DNA of 59,955 bases, the filler included, from Circinaria calcarea (taxonomy: Eukaryota): assembly GCA_051942165.1 (NCBI GenBank). It is 4 parts of 4 records of this genome, joined end to end, with 100 filler letters (N's around TTAATTAATTAA, not from the genome) between each part and the next. Parts side by side here need not be neighbours in the genome. Positions count along the whole stretch, not along the records: positions 1 to 14,922 come from JAVECS010000396.1; 3 more parts are not named here. One strand, written 5' to 3'. Position numbers and translations under genes: made by a program. Positions 1 to 13,500 of this stretch are shown piece by piece; position 1 is the stretch's first letter; each line of letters begins with the position of its first letter. A model generated the notes under the pieces. It ran no database searches and was not told the origin of the DNA. It was given only the letters and a program-made list of their open reading frames with translations.

Positions 1-1507
1 TTCCAGGCCTCCCCTCCCCCCCAAAGAGAGAGGAGGAAAGGAGGAGGAGGGGGGAGGAGGGGCGGTGGAAGATAAATCTCCCTCGGTGTGCCGGCGCGGA
101 GGGCAGCCCGGAAAACGAAAAGAAAAAAAGCAAAGAAAAAGTTCCGGGAAAGCCGTGCATGCATGCATATCCCGGGGATTGGTAAGGCCTCAAGACCCAA
201 GACTCTAAGACTAAGACCTTTCCCCATTCCAACCTCCGCATCAACATCAAATGATTCAAATCCGCAATCCGCAAGTCGACAGGCGGATTTTGCGAACCCC
301 CTCCTTCCCCCACCCCAAAAAATAAGAACCGCTCGGGGCCGAGGAAGATAAGGGGGGAAACCCCCGAGAAAAAAGAAAAACCAGGTGAAACAACAGGAAA
401 CAGAAAACTCAAAGATGGGAGCGGAAAAGAAACGAGTAAGATAGGCTAGGCCAGTCCAATCTAGTAAAACTGGTTGAAAAACACCCCCCTTCTCCTCTTC
501 TTCCTCCGACATACCCGCTGTACCTTAGGTAGATACCTTAGGTATGGTAAAACTAACAACCCCACGGTAACTCCATAAGGAAGGGTATCTGCAGTTGCAG
601 TTGCAGTTGTAGTGCCAGGTTTGTTTAAAGAAAAAAGAAAAGAACAGAAAATAGGGACATAGAAATCAGAATGGCAGAACTCAAAACCCAGCCCCAAAAA
701 AAAGAGCCAGAGCCATAGTCATAGTCCGAGCCCGGCTGGAACCGCCGTGGGGCGAGGGGGGGGAAATAAGTTTTTTTCTTTTATATATATACAAAAAAAA
801 GAGGGGGAGGGAAAACATGAAAAGGCTTCCTTCCCTCCCCTCCTCTCCCTTCTTCAAACCCAAACCCAAACCCAAACCCTAAATGCTTGCAGAAAAAAGG
901 GGAAGCTCCGAAAAGTCAAAACGGGAAAAAAGGGTGACAGACTGCCAGCAAAGAGATTTTCTCATTTTCTCAAATCAGCGTAGATGGATAGGATGCAAAG
1001 AAAGACAAGGGTCGGTCCAGAACCGGAGCATAAAATTCATTCACTCTTTCGAGATGGAAAAAGAAAGGGAAAAAAAAACATCACGATTTGGTCATTCGGG
1101 ACGTCCGGTCCATCCATTTGTAACAAATAGTTCGTGACCACTCCGTTTCCCCCCCACCCCCCAAAAACTTCCCTGCGTCTTCATTTTGCCATTGTCAATA
1201 TTGCCTCCTAACCCATATATGAAACCACCGAGCATATTTCCCCCTTAGTTTCCTTAAAAATCACATATTAATTTGTACGTAGCGACCCAAAGCTCCAAGC
1301 CCACTCCAACCCCCAGCCCATTCCCAAACGACCTAGTAAGAATAGACAAGACTCCCGTTTCAATCTTCACCCGCCTCCACAAAAGGTAAACAAGGGAAAG
1401 AGATATCCGGTAACCCAAAGCCGCAATCTGTAAATGCAATATCCAGTACTCCCTGGAATGCAAGAGCACCTTGCATCTTCCCAAACCCGAATGATACAAT
1501 AACGATC

Positions 1508-3024
1508 TCAACCCCATACCGATGCCTGAACGCCAAGAGGGGTCTTTCCCCAAATACCACTACTACTTCCCCAGCTCATGTTCATGTTACTCTCTTTTAC
1601 GCCCGCGGTAGGGTTCGAGGCTGCCGAAGTGGACCGTTCATTCGCATTACCTTCATTAGAGGCAAAGCCATAGCTCAGAGGAGATGGCAAGGGTGTAGTT
1701 GAACGCTTGTTGAGACTCGGATTCACAGCCTGACTCTGAACGGGACGAGTACCGATTGGAGCGACACCAGGGCCAACGGGAGCGGTCGACGACTTGGAGT
1801 GACGGGGTGGCGATCCACCTGGAGACGATGTTGACGTCCGACTCGACTGCTGGGCCGCGTTCTCGGAGAGACTGAAGCTCTGGTTGTTCGATGCTGGAGA
1901 AGACGTGCTATTCGCTCGAGAGCGTGACTGCTGTGGCTTTGGCGAGGGTTCCTTTGTAAAAGACTGATCATTGACGGTGTACTGACCAGCATTGTCGGCA
2001 GACCCATTCTGATTTTGCTCCGCCCCTAACCCGAAGGAGTTGTACGCAAGAGGGGAAGGACCACGACCACCTGCAGCAGACGCGGAAGCACCTGCTCCTT
2101 TCGCTGTCGGACGGGGCGTCTGATTGTCCCCGAGATTGCCTCTCTCATAAAACGACGCGCTGTCGTTCCCATAGAGAGCACGATGTTGACGAGCAATTAG
2201 TTCGCGACGATCTTCCTCGTTCATCGTGTTGGGGCTGATTGATCGTTCGGATTTCCCTTGTGTTGAGCTGTCTGCTATCACACCTGGCCGTGAGTCAGAG
2301 GTTGTCACGTGCATCAGTCGTGTACGGGCTTACTGCGATTGTACTGCTGCTCCTGATGGTAGTTGCGAAGCTCGCGTTCACGTTGGGCAGCCATGCGGCG
2401 CTTAGCTTGTAGCATCTGTTCAGCCTCGTTGTGGCGTGGCTGATAGCGCTGAGTCGCGTAAAAGTTTTGCAGGTTTGCTGCCGGGTGCGAGCGCATCGGG
2501 TCGAATTCGTTGGCAGAGTGGTGACGCTGAGGAGGACCACCAATCCGAGCGTCTAACGATCATCAGTTACATTTGCTAGCGTGCAACCTGGTTAATGCGT
2601 ACCATATTCCGAGTACGGCCTCGCCGTTGGCATCGAGTCTCGTCTCGAAGAGATATTGTATAACTTTCCACTTTTATTAAGGTTATCAAGAGCGCGATCA
2701 ACCTCTGCCACATGTCAGTCTCGTCTCTCTCCAGTGGGGCTCTGATGGGAAATGAATAGGTTTGCAATTATGAATTTTCATGCCCGGTTAGAAAAACATC
2801 TAGACCTGTAAGATGCTGCGTACCTTCTAGCTGTAATCCGAAAGCGGAACTATCCTCACGCTGGACCGACGAGCTGGTTCCTATGAACGCGGTCAGTCTC
2901 ATGTCCCACCATTTCATCGCTAGCGCAGTGGACTCGACATACCGGATCGAGAAGGCGGTGCAGGTTGGTCCCATGACGCCTGCCGCGATGGACTCTGCCA
3001 AGGTTGTACGTCGTAGTACGACAT
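1508..3024 (-). CDS. Probably conserved fungal hypothetical protein, low-complexity S/Q/N/P-rich, 5 exons
   Basis: Manual splicing of four GT..AG introns with branch sites gives MSYYDVQPWQSPSRQASWDQPAPPSRSG-TSSSVQREDSSAFGLQLE-EVDRALDNLNKSGK...PYSEY-DARIGG...KRRMAAQRERELRNYHQEQQYNRS-VIADSS...LGVQASVWG*. All exon phases are compatible. Confidence 0.8.
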
Positions 3025-3345
3025 CCTGCTTCCGGTCTATCTCAAGGACGGTGGGACTGAATTGGTTCCTTTCAGTATGATGCACCAGCGATGGAGGTGG
3101 AAAATCCCGGCAGCGAAAAGGATGCACTCTGATTATGCCTAGATGAAGCGAACAGACATCAGCGTCAGTGATGTGAGGGCACTGTCGGTTCCCATGGTCG
3201 AGCTGGGTAGGCAGGTCATCATCCCTATCCGCACGTGCGTGGGATCTATTATTCGGTTTTTTCCCTTCTTTTCTTGCCAAACGGCGCTGCCGAACAAGCG
3301 AAAGCATTGGATTTGAGGGGAACCCACCAACTAAAACATGGGTAT

Positions 3346-3369
3346 CAACAACAACAACAACAATAACAA
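3346..3369. repeat. Imperfect (CAA)n microsatellite
   Basis: caacaacaacaacaacaataacaa upstream of the first gene. Confidence 0.7.
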
Positions 3370-6300
3370 CGGCCAAACAACAGAAGAAGCCTGACCCGCG
3401 GGATGTGACTGATGGTTGATGGGAGGTAGAGGCACGACGATTATTCCGATGGAGGAGGAGAAGGAAAAGGGAAAGAGAATTGGAGTCGGCGGTTGCGGAG
3501 TAGATGAAAATTGGAGATTGGGGTGTGTGTCGGTGATTACTCCAACGGTGGATGGGGGCAGTCGGCAAATCTCTTAGTCTCTTGCTTCTGGAAGCTTGTC
3601 CCGAGATTAGGCCTGGGCCCCCGCCGAGCGAAGCTAATTTGCAAACTTCATCTTATTACCAAAACCGGGTACCGTTGAAACGTTCGACGCCTTTGCTTTC
3701 TCCTACACTCTTCGAGTAGGGACTCCCCAAGATGGATCGATGGATCGCCACGGTCAGTGGTGATCATGTAGCGGATCAACTGCAACTGCCTCTCCAGCAT
3801 TTGATGGCATCGAGGATTTCATTCGTGTGGCGCATGACGGACACATGCTTACTCCAGAGATACTACATACACAGTACTCCGTAATCATCAAACCCATTTG
3901 CTGAAGAAAGACCCCGGGCGACGCCAAGCTTGTTACGTATTTAATACCAGTACCAGAAGGGGATCCAAACGGCAGGGATTAGTCAAGCGTCTGCTCGCCC
4001 TCCTGCTCATGCGTACCCCATTGCTCGCTGCTTCCTACTGCTAATAAACCGACTCTGCCTTGATACCTCTGCGGCCGACGTCCCTCCACTGCATGTCACC
4101 TTCACGTCGGTATCGCATCAATCCACAGCCTTTTTCCCAATGCCTGGCAGTTGTCGCGGTTTTCCCTGCTACGTCCTCCTCCACCCGAAACCGCGTTAAC
4201 CCCACTCTCACCCCACTTCTCACCCGCTTCATCGTCCCTCTGCTGAACCGCTGCAGCAGAGCCTTCTTTGCAGCAAATCCCGCGCCATCCTTCTCCCCTA
4301 CCCTCCAACAGGAGCCGTTTCCGTCCATAGCGCCAGATTCGTCTTACCATCTAGGCGCCTAGGCCGTACAGCCGCAATATGGTTGATAGGAGATGCCTGA
4401 TAAGATCGCATACCGTTCTCTTCAATAGCTTCGGACGGCTATTGGTAGTGATCTCAGCGGAAAGGAGGGAGCTCGGTGCCAATTACGTCTTCCAAATTCT
4501 CAGATGCCTCAGGAGCCAATTGCCATCGGGTTGTGGGTGTGGCCGAGCTGAAACCATTTGTCTATTGTTTCCGAATGCTAGAAGACGGGAGCGCCGGCAG
4601 CAATCTCTCGCCATGGCTCTTTGTGAACAGGGACTACATGCCTTATTGGGATCATTCTTCGCGAGAGAACAATGTACTACCCAAGGCGGCCTCGTGCGCT
4701 TACTCCCCACTAGAAATAGGCTTTCGCCTACTCCCGCTTGCGACATCCCTTGGTGTTTTCGCTGCCAAGCTGTGTGGAAGGAGGCTCCTTGGGGAATGCA
4801 CACTTGCCAGGGACGTTGAGGGTCTTCATCCACAGTAGTAGGATCTTCTCGGTGGTCAAGACGGATACCTAAAGGATACATCTCCTTATAAAACAGCATA
4901 GCAGCTTGTTAATCTCGCCTACCTCCTTGCCAACCATCTCGGACGCGTTCGGAGATCTTTGGGACGAAGCGAATCAGTCTACCAAGTAGCCCTGTACTTG
5001 AACATCGTTTTTGCGTCAGAACCATTCAGTGTCGAAGCTCTTAGATATTGGTCCGGTCATCTTGAGCTGAAACTTGTATGCACATCTTAGCAACGGTATG
5101 CTCCTAAATACCAGCTCCTCAATAGAAGGTGCTTTTCGCTAAACGTGCACACAATTAGCGCTATCTCCTTTCGCCCGATCATTTCTAATCTCACAAACAA
5201 AATCCCTCATTACATTCAAAACGAATTAGGATATTACAGAGGCTCATACGGGGAACACACATATCGCAAAGGATCTAGACAAGTAGTAAAGGAGAGCAAA
5301 AGAACTCAGCATAGGAGGAGGCTAAAAAGGGAAGCAGCTTGAGTGGGAAACCAACACCGGCGATTGAATACCTGTGGGGAGTAGTTAAGTGACCGGAGGC
5401 ATAGCGGCATGCTCATCTGGTACACCTACTATCCCACTCCCTTTGTGTCCTTTGCCTTAAACTCAAGGCAAACCAAATAAGATCTGAGCCTAAAGCAGAA
5501 CCAGATTGCCAAACTTTTATCAAGTACGCCACGAACAGACCTTCAAGACATCCGCCATTACGGATAATCGAAGTCGACAAAGGCAACACGTGTTTAATTA
5601 AGAGCTGGAAACAAATGATTATAAGACAAGCGCCAGGATAGTTCAGCGACGGTATCGTTCCGAACCTAATACCACCTGTAAATTGCTACATCATATAGCT
5701 TTTAATGTACCTACTCTTCACCGCTTACTTAAACAAAGAATACTTATCCTATCTAGAAAACATCAGTCGTCCGAAAGCTTCGATATGATGACCACGCAAA
5801 CCCTAAGTTATAAAGATCACACCCTACTCATCAAATTAAGAAACCAGTTTAGATCAGCTCTGTCCGGATGAATTTCTAATACCTAGGAGCACTTTCCATA
5901 CCGAAGCATCTCCCGACTAGGACGATTACTCCAATTATCGCCGAGGATCCTAAGGCCAGACCATATATTCTTTGTTACTACCTACCGTACCGGCAGTCTT
6001 GTTAGATGACTGTGAAACATTGCTCGTTGACCACTCGGAATGATCCATTCTCTATATCAACAGTTACAATAGGTCAGAAACGGCCGAGCTCTCACTATAA
6101 TGGATAAGTCGAGGATCGCTGGGGTTTCAGACCGGGAAATATGTGAGGAAATTGATAATATATGATTTATGATACATGCCATGACAGATCACTAAAGACT
6201 GATCCGTAACCTGAAAGCCGTTTGAAATGGTTACCCGAAGGCACACGCCTTACGATTCTAAGTCTTCATCTGGAAGCCACTAATCGCTCGACTTCAGAGT

Positions 6301-9074
6301 CTGATCGCTAACCAGTGGAGGCAGTAGATCTTTGTTGGATGACCGTCCATGAACTCAGAGAGCAGGCAGCAGTCCGCAGCTAAATCGGCTCAAAGTGGGC
6401 AGCTGAGCCGACTCAAGAGAGCCATAGCAGCTCCAGAATACTTGACCATATATTTTCCAAGTCATTCCAAGCCCAAAATTCTCACCCAGTCCCCGCAAAG
6501 CAAGCAGGTTGATCAGAGGTGCGCCGATTGAGTACAGACGCCAGTCCTCTCGGTTCAGCATAGAGCTAAAAATACGAGAGCGTGACCCTTGCACCCCTCA
6601 GTTTATCCATCAACCGTATACCTGTTATGATATCTAATAGTCGCCGGTAGACCGTTCAGTCGCATTATGCAGGAGGAACCTTTTGGGATTGGGTAACCTT
6701 GTGTTATACAAAAGGATTGACGGTGGTGAAGATTTGTGTTCTACCTCGTTTATATTCTGCGGACAGGCTATCCTAATCATCCATCAGCAGTGCGGTAGTT
6801 ACGCTGCGCACGTGAAATATCAAACCTAGGTGTAGGCGCAGGGACGAAGAACGGAAAAAATCAAACAAGAAGTAATCGGTGGATGGATGCAGAGAAGAGT
6901 GCTGAAGCATGTGGTATCAATCCCGTACTCGAGTATGTACCCTGCTGGCTCCTTGTTTGTTCCCTCTCGCGCCTTCCTGGTGGTCCATTCTTTGATCCTG
7001 GTAAGTTCCATCGCAGCGTAGATGTGTTAGCAGTGAGTAGTACGGATGGAAACAATTGCTCACATTCACATCTCTCTAGAGACACACACATGTGCTTCCG
7101 ACCATTACAACGTTGCTCATTCTGGCTTTTGTTCATCTGGAGATAAGAAAACCATCAGCTACCAGTTCTCTGAACAATTCGGAACCCCAAAGACGCCTGC
7201 TAGATAGCCACACACATGCCTTTCTGCTTCTCTAACAGTGATCGTTTCCTCTATACCTCCATTTATAAACCTAACGTCTACCGCGTTCGCAGGACAGTTC
7301 GAGAACCAGCGATCGGGAAATCAGTCAACACTGGCGACCCGATAACCCCTATCTTTATCTAATTCAAGGTCAAGTGAGAATGTGCATTCCTAGTTGTCTC
7401 AAGAAATAGGAACACGTACTTACTCGAACTTGCCGGCTGTTATCCAGGTCCCATCCGCACGCCGACGGCACGAAGCTGGTCACCTTTCAGGATGGATGGG
7501 AGGAATCACTCAGGTATGAGATGCCGATTGTAGTCCTCCGTGTGCTCTTCTGCGTTCCTCAATTGGACCGCCGAGTGGACCTGTTTCTGTTTATTCATAC
7601 TTTTGAACGACTTGTATTATGGTAATGGAGAATTGCTGTCAAGCCGTATAACTGGGATCTCAAGGTCATGGATTGCAAGATGGCATTAACATTACTCGGG
7701 AGCCTATCCAGAGAGCTACCGGGGACCTCAAGTCCTGTATTCCCTTGATAATATTCCCGGAGCCCTTTTCTGGTAAGAGTGCGGAAGTATGACTGTGCAA
7801 GCTCAGCGGCAGTATCGAGTCAGATCGGATGACAGCTCTACTCTGGGCCCGTTCTGGTTTGGTTGGCGTAGATGTAAGGGGCAAGGATCTATCCAGATCG
7901 AGACCGAGCCAAGGCCAAGGCCGTGTTCCAGTATAGGATTACTATCTTTCAATCAGCCGCGCGCATAAGTTTCCCATCGATTCTGTTACAAGTCCTTTCT
8001 CACCAGATTCCCAGCTATCGACGGAAGGCGGCGCCCGCCATGCACGTTAATCCACTACGCCCGGAGCAACGGGAACAGATGTGCACCAACAACATCAGTC
8101 TCCTACGGACTGTTTTCCATGGCAAACCAACTACCGGCTTGCAATCGAAATCACCTGGACAGCTACGGGCATTTATCGATGACTTTGTGAAATTTCAGTG
8201 CGACGGTTTTGATATCAAGACCCATGTGACGTATTATTTTGGGGGCTCGATTCGCGCGTTACAGGCGACCTGTTCGTGGTCTTTGCATGCACGATAGACG
8301 TGTCCATGCATCTGGACAACGGAGACAAGGGTACTCAACCAGGCTGCAATCTGGTCGGGAGTTGAACGTCCAGGCAACTGACGCATGGGAGATTTGGAGG
8401 AGTTTGCAAGGGTGGAGATCAACTGCGCGCGCGCATGCAGCCTCCCATGTCCCTGGATAGGACCACTTTTCCATGCAGGGCCACACTGGAGCATATTTTA
8501 TCCAGTCTCCCGCTTCAGGAATAGCAGGGTAACACAACAGATTTCTCGCGTTGAGACACTTTATACTCTCATGACTTCATGACTTTGGCGAGGAAAGACG
8601 GTATCACTGTTCTCACGTATGTTGATGGATCAAAAGGTTACGGCGTCTTCAATCCTTACTGTGTATCCATCAAACTGGTCTTTAGACGTCAGCAGTTACA
8701 CTAAAACATTCTAGGAAACCCAAGGGTTTGTACGAGGTACCTAGCCAGTCTTGTCTCCTGTTCCCCTTATTTGGGCAGGCCCAATCGCGGCACACTAAAG
8801 AGGATGAGAAAGCTAGGAGCCATGACAAGCAGACCGATTAGCGTTCTCCGGAGGCAATTCTCCGTATATACCGGCAATACACCATGTCCAGGTGTTCAGG
8901 TATTATGTTCATATCGACCTCAGTTCACCGCTCTTCGTTACTTGGTTTTCTACGCCGAGAGGCAATACTGCGTTCTCTCAAGTCACCCTGAATCAGCTTG
9001 GGCTTGGGGATCCGCGCTTCGCTGAGTTGCTCTACCGTATCTGTTATCCTACTCTCGGGGAACAGTCTGGGCCT

Positions 9075-10562
9075 ATGACCAGGAATATTGAGGACCTTCC
9101 CTCACTCCAAAAGTCCTTTGTAATGTCCTCCCAAGTCACCACGTCTTCAGCAAACACATCACAAGCTCCACGTTCCAAACGTAAGCTCCGTGAATCTTGC
9201 AATGGCTGCAACCAGGCGAAAGTCAAGTGCGACAAGTCTCAACCGTGGTGTGCTCGCTGTACCAGCCGCGGCATCGTTTGTGTTTATAGCCTCTCTTTGA
9301 GATCGGGCAAACGCCGGGCTGATCAAACCGACCTCAAAGTTGCTGAAGCCGTCGAAGAAGTCTGCCCTGACCAGACCCAATTACCGTACAAGAGCGCTGC
9401 CCCATCATCTACCCCTTTGCAAGATAACCCGATTCCGGTGGAAGGGGACGTCTTCCAAGAACTGCTCAACTACTTCAACGCGGAATCGCTGCGGGGAAAG
9501 CTGAATTTCCTTGCCAAACTTGACCCTCAATGGGTGTTGGAAAACAGGCAAGGCCAAATGTACGAAGGACCGGAGCCACCGCCGGCCGACGACGGAAAAT
9601 ACCATCAGGCACAATCCTGGCATCAGGCATCTTCGCGTTCATCGCTCTCCACTCTGCCGTCCACCATGTCTCCCTTTTCACCCTTTCCTAGTCCTCAGGT
9701 ATCTCCCGAAGGCTTCTCCGCCAGCTTACAGTCCTCCGCTACCGATGAGTCATTCACCAGCGAATCATCCCGCCATCTCAACTCGATAGCATGCTCTCTA
9801 CACACGGAGCTACCCCTACCATCGCCCATCACGGGGTGCCAGTGCTTTCAGCTGGCACTTCAGAAACTGTCGAGCGTCAACCTAATATCCATGTCTCAAA
9901 CCGCCACGTTTGATGTTGCACTACAGCAGGGCAAGGAATCCATTGCTCTACTGGGCTCCATTCTTCGCTGTAGCTGCCGCATGCTTGACCACGTTCTCGT
10001 CATCATCCTCGCAAGCCTCATTTCACGAACTCTATCGCTCTACCAATCGCTCTGTACCGTATACCTGGGGCATCGGTCGCCGCCTTGCGCCGGCCACGAG
10101 GAAACCAACAACCGGAATCCATCCCGCAGAGCCCCTCAAGCTCGAGTCACCTTGGGCATGTACGAACTGGACGAAGATGATCAGGATCGTCTCAAACTGA
10201 ACATTGTCTGGTTAGAGCTTCAGAAGGTGGAAGACGTCATCCTCATTTTCCGCGAACAACTCTGCGCGGCTAACTCGGTGCCATGGCTGTCGTCGTCCGC
10301 GTCCTCCACATTCAACGGCCCATTCTCGGTTGGAGGATTAGAGGATGAGATCCGGTCTCCAACCCACGGCGGACCGGGCGGCTCGGCTTCTACTCCGATA
10401 CGTCATGACACGGGCGGGGAGGATCATTCGCGCTTACATTGTGAGCTAGCCGAGATCCTGGCCCGGGATCTCAAAATGGCATATGAAGCCGTGCAGGGGC
10501 GGATGCGCCGGACCAACACCGACCGCCGGGCGACGTGGTACAGTCAGGAATTCCCCCTCTGA
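9075..10562 (+). CDS. Zn(II)2Cys6 transcription factor, AflR-like
   Basis: KLRESCNGCNQAKVKCDKSQPWCARCTSRGIVCVY is a canonical Zn2Cys6 cluster. The C-terminal CQC...FDVALQQGKESIALLGSILRCSC block is typical of AflR-type regulators. Intronless; start is ATG 9075 or 9123. Confidence 0.88.
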   Translation: MTRNIEDLPSLQKSFVMSSQVTTSSANTSQAPRSKRKLRESCNGCNQAKVKCDKSQPWCARCTSRGIVCVYSLSLRSGKRRADQTDLKVAEAVEEVCPDQTQLPYKSAAPSSTPLQDNPIPVEGDVFQELLNYFNAESLRGKLNFLAKLDPQWVLENRQGQMYEGPEPPPADDGKYHQAQSWHQASSRSSLSTLPSTMSPFSPFPSPQVSPEGFSASLQSSATDESFTSESSRHLNSIACSLHTELPLPSPITGCQCFQLALQKLSSVNLISMSQTATFDVALQQGKESIALLGSILRCSCRMLDHVLVIILASLISRTLSLYQSLCTVYLGHRSPPCAGHEETNNRNPSRRAPQARVTLGMYELDEDDQDRLKLNIVWLELQKVEDVILIFREQLCAANSVPWLSSSASSTFNGPFSVGGLEDEIRSPTHGGPGGSASTPIRHDTGGEDHSRLHCELAEILARDLKMAYEAVQGRMRRTNTDRRATWYSQEFPL

Positions 10563-13500
10563 GCGCCTCGAGCAAGGAGTTCGGGAATCAATAATGCTAT
10601 ATCAAAGTGCATCATCTGTGGCTGCATCGCATTAGAGGATAGACGATAGATATACACCAGTAATGATAACCATGCGAAATGACCGTCCATGATCTACAAT
10701 TATTGATAAGCTGCAGCCCCGTTCTATTCTGATTACTTTGTCCCTAGACCATGGACGTGCATGGCCTAGACGTTCCATGTGTTAGATGACATCAGGAAAG
10801 TAAAGCAAAGCGAGATTGCCTACAGATCCAATCTATTCTTGTTCTCACCATGGCAATCCATCGATATACGTTAACGTTCCTATCCCCGACCCGGACCCGG
10901 AGAAGGTTCGAGTCTGCAGTACGGAAGTAGGCGATGAGCTGCCCTACTCCACTATACAATAGATGGATCCGGATCGGCTGGCAGGAAATGCATGGGCACC
11001 TGCATAATCATGCCTGGATGTGGAAGTCGAACGGTTCCAATCGGCCTCTCGGGCTCTCGAGAAGGGTCCATGTATTCTAATTCTACCAGCCGACTTTTCA
11101 AGATTCGCTCATGCACAGATCCGCCCTCCTGGTATGCCTTTCCGATGCATGATTATCTTCCGTTTTGCAGCCAGAGTGACAGGAACGGGGTGAGAAGGGG
11201 GCACATGGTCGTCTGCAAACATGATGCATGGCGACGTCGCCATCCAACTGAACCAGCCACCGGATCAGACTTATAGAGAGAGGATCACGGCATTCCCAGG
11301 GCATGGGAGAATTGATTGAGGCGCTTGGGCGGTAAGTGCTTGACGTGAGGCGCTGATGTTAATTAGCGTATATTTCCACCGGTGGGTCAGCCCCGAGAAT
11401 AGGCTGAACTACCGGCTGGGCTCTCGGCCATCCCAGCACAGACCCGCTGTCTACCAACGCTTCTGGCAAGGGCAAGGTACACGACGACCAGGACTGGAAG
11501 GTTTGCCGTAGCGGAAGTTTCGGGGTTTCCCCTTTCTCCTTGGACCAGGACTTTCTGGTGCCCCAGTAAACTTTCGTCAGTACTTTCCTCACGCGCGGTG
11601 CTCATCCCAGCCACTGCGTACTGCGTCTTCGTTATTCCCCCGTCAGACTCGACAGCCAACAGAAAGTGTAGTGAGGTCATCCACAGTCCTACTCTCGGAG
11701 CTCCCTCCGTCCACGTCCGTCTGACCTCCAAGAGCCCGGCAATCTCAGAGAGGTATTCATTCCACCCAGGCCCCCTTGGCCAGCTAGCTTCCCTCCTTCC
11801 TCCCCCCTCATTCGACGAGCAGGGATCCCATTCCCCGGCAAGCAGCCAACACACACACACCCATCGTGTCAATCTCGGGTGATATCAATCGCGACGGGGA
11901 TTCCGCATGGATGCCGGCCAGGACATGAAACAACCACGACATTCGAGCTCGCTTAAGTCACGAATCGCTCCGAGTCCGCCTGCACCCTCTTCACCACTCC
12001 CGCTCATCCTCCTCCACCACCACTACCACTACCATCACCTCCATCATCCACACCCCAATCGTGATCTACCGCAGGATTGAATGCAAGCTCAAGCCATTCG
12101 ACATGTTCTCGGGTACGCCACTACGCAAGGCCCATGCGCGACGCACACATGGAAGGTAAGTAGTCTATCACTGGTCGGTATCTCTCCTTTTGCGTTTGTC
12201 GCTGGGCCCTGCTTGACGCAGAGACGTGCCAATCTCTATCGCTGGAAAAAGCCCATGCTCGATTATGCTTTTCGAGTCAAATCCCACTCCTGGCCTTTCA
12301 TCCTACGCCAGGGACATGCTCAGCCACTACCATCCAACCTTCTACCAAACAATTCTCTTCTTGCTATCTCTCCCATCACCCTCCACCTTACAGAAAGACC
12401 GGATTGTTCATCATCCCTCCCCGGGTTTGATAGCCGCTCCCCTCTCTGGTCTCCATCCATGCCACCTCCCACTCTCACCGTCCTCCTTTCACCGCCATCA
12501 GCTAACCCACCCTCAGCTTCGAACCCACATCCACCGACCACCCTGATCCCCGCCAAGCACCATCATCGAACTTGATAGCAATGCACCACCGTCGAGCAGC
12601 AGGGCCAAGTGACACGTGCCAAAGTCCCATCTCGCATTCCGACATGCTATGCATGAAGATCCTCTCAAAGTTTCCGATTTCTCCATCCATCCATCTTACT
12701 GCGCTGCTGCTTGTGCATCTCCGGATACAACCCAACAGGTCCCCCAACCCATTCAAGCCTTTTAATCGCGCCTTTACTTTCGGCACATGTCTTGTCAACG
12801 CCTATCGATAGATTACCATGCGTCGATCTTGCCTTCCCCCCTTGCCTCATTCCTCCTAGAACTTGAAGCCACACTCGCTATTCTTATCTAGAGTTATCCA
12901 GAAGCTACTTAATTCCTGGGGTTATTAACCTGGTTGCAGATGGACGAGGAATCGGAGATATAATCACCTATCGCCGTCCTGATAGTTGCTATCCTCATCA
13001 TCTCGGATTGTTCCTATTCTCATCCCCCGATGATCCTTCCAATCCTTCCTACCTCTCCTTTCCTGACCCCCCCCGGATCCCGGCTCGGCGATTCCATTCT
13101 GGAGTATTAATCTTATCAGCGTCTATCAATATATCCTCGTTCCAACTCCACACCTAACTGCACGTACGGCCATCCTCCATATCACTTTGCCGTAGCGCGC
13201 ACACATTCGACAGCTTTTTATACTACTCGCCCATTTCACGGTTTCAATCTCGGATTATAGATCCTATTAACAATTACCATGCATCCACCAGCTCTTTTTT
13301 CCATTCCTCCGATTACGCCATACAGTCCGCTTAAGGCCCCCCCGAACAGTTCTTCCTGCAGGATTGATCACCTAGAAAATATCCCCGAGTCCACCGTTCA
13401 ATCTAATGCAAAGCCAGATCAACGATATATTCGTGCAGCGTGCAGCATGCAGCACTAGGATATTTTAAATGTCCGATTCCGCCTTTGACAGCTGCATAAT

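Noticed and set aside
1..1300. Lys/Arg-rich short ORFs and A/G/C runs at the window start (similar at 13700-14922, 38200-38720, 44880-44958)
   Set aside because: Low-complexity, homopolymer-stretched UTR or intergenic sequence, probably poor consensus; not coding.
2768..3568. 266-aa ORF from the track as an independent gene
   Set aside because: It starts at TTG, runs through a microsatellite and two introns, and overlaps the real exons of the 1508-3024 gene.
5325..5455. GAGTGGGA...TCCCACTC closing stem resembling a small RNA or 5S relic
   Set aside because: Only an 8-bp stem; no 5S, tRNA or ribozyme core motifs inside.
5461..6300. AT-richer stretch as an eroded + strand reading frame
   Set aside because: Manual translation gave about 12 stops in about 260 codons, the random expectation.
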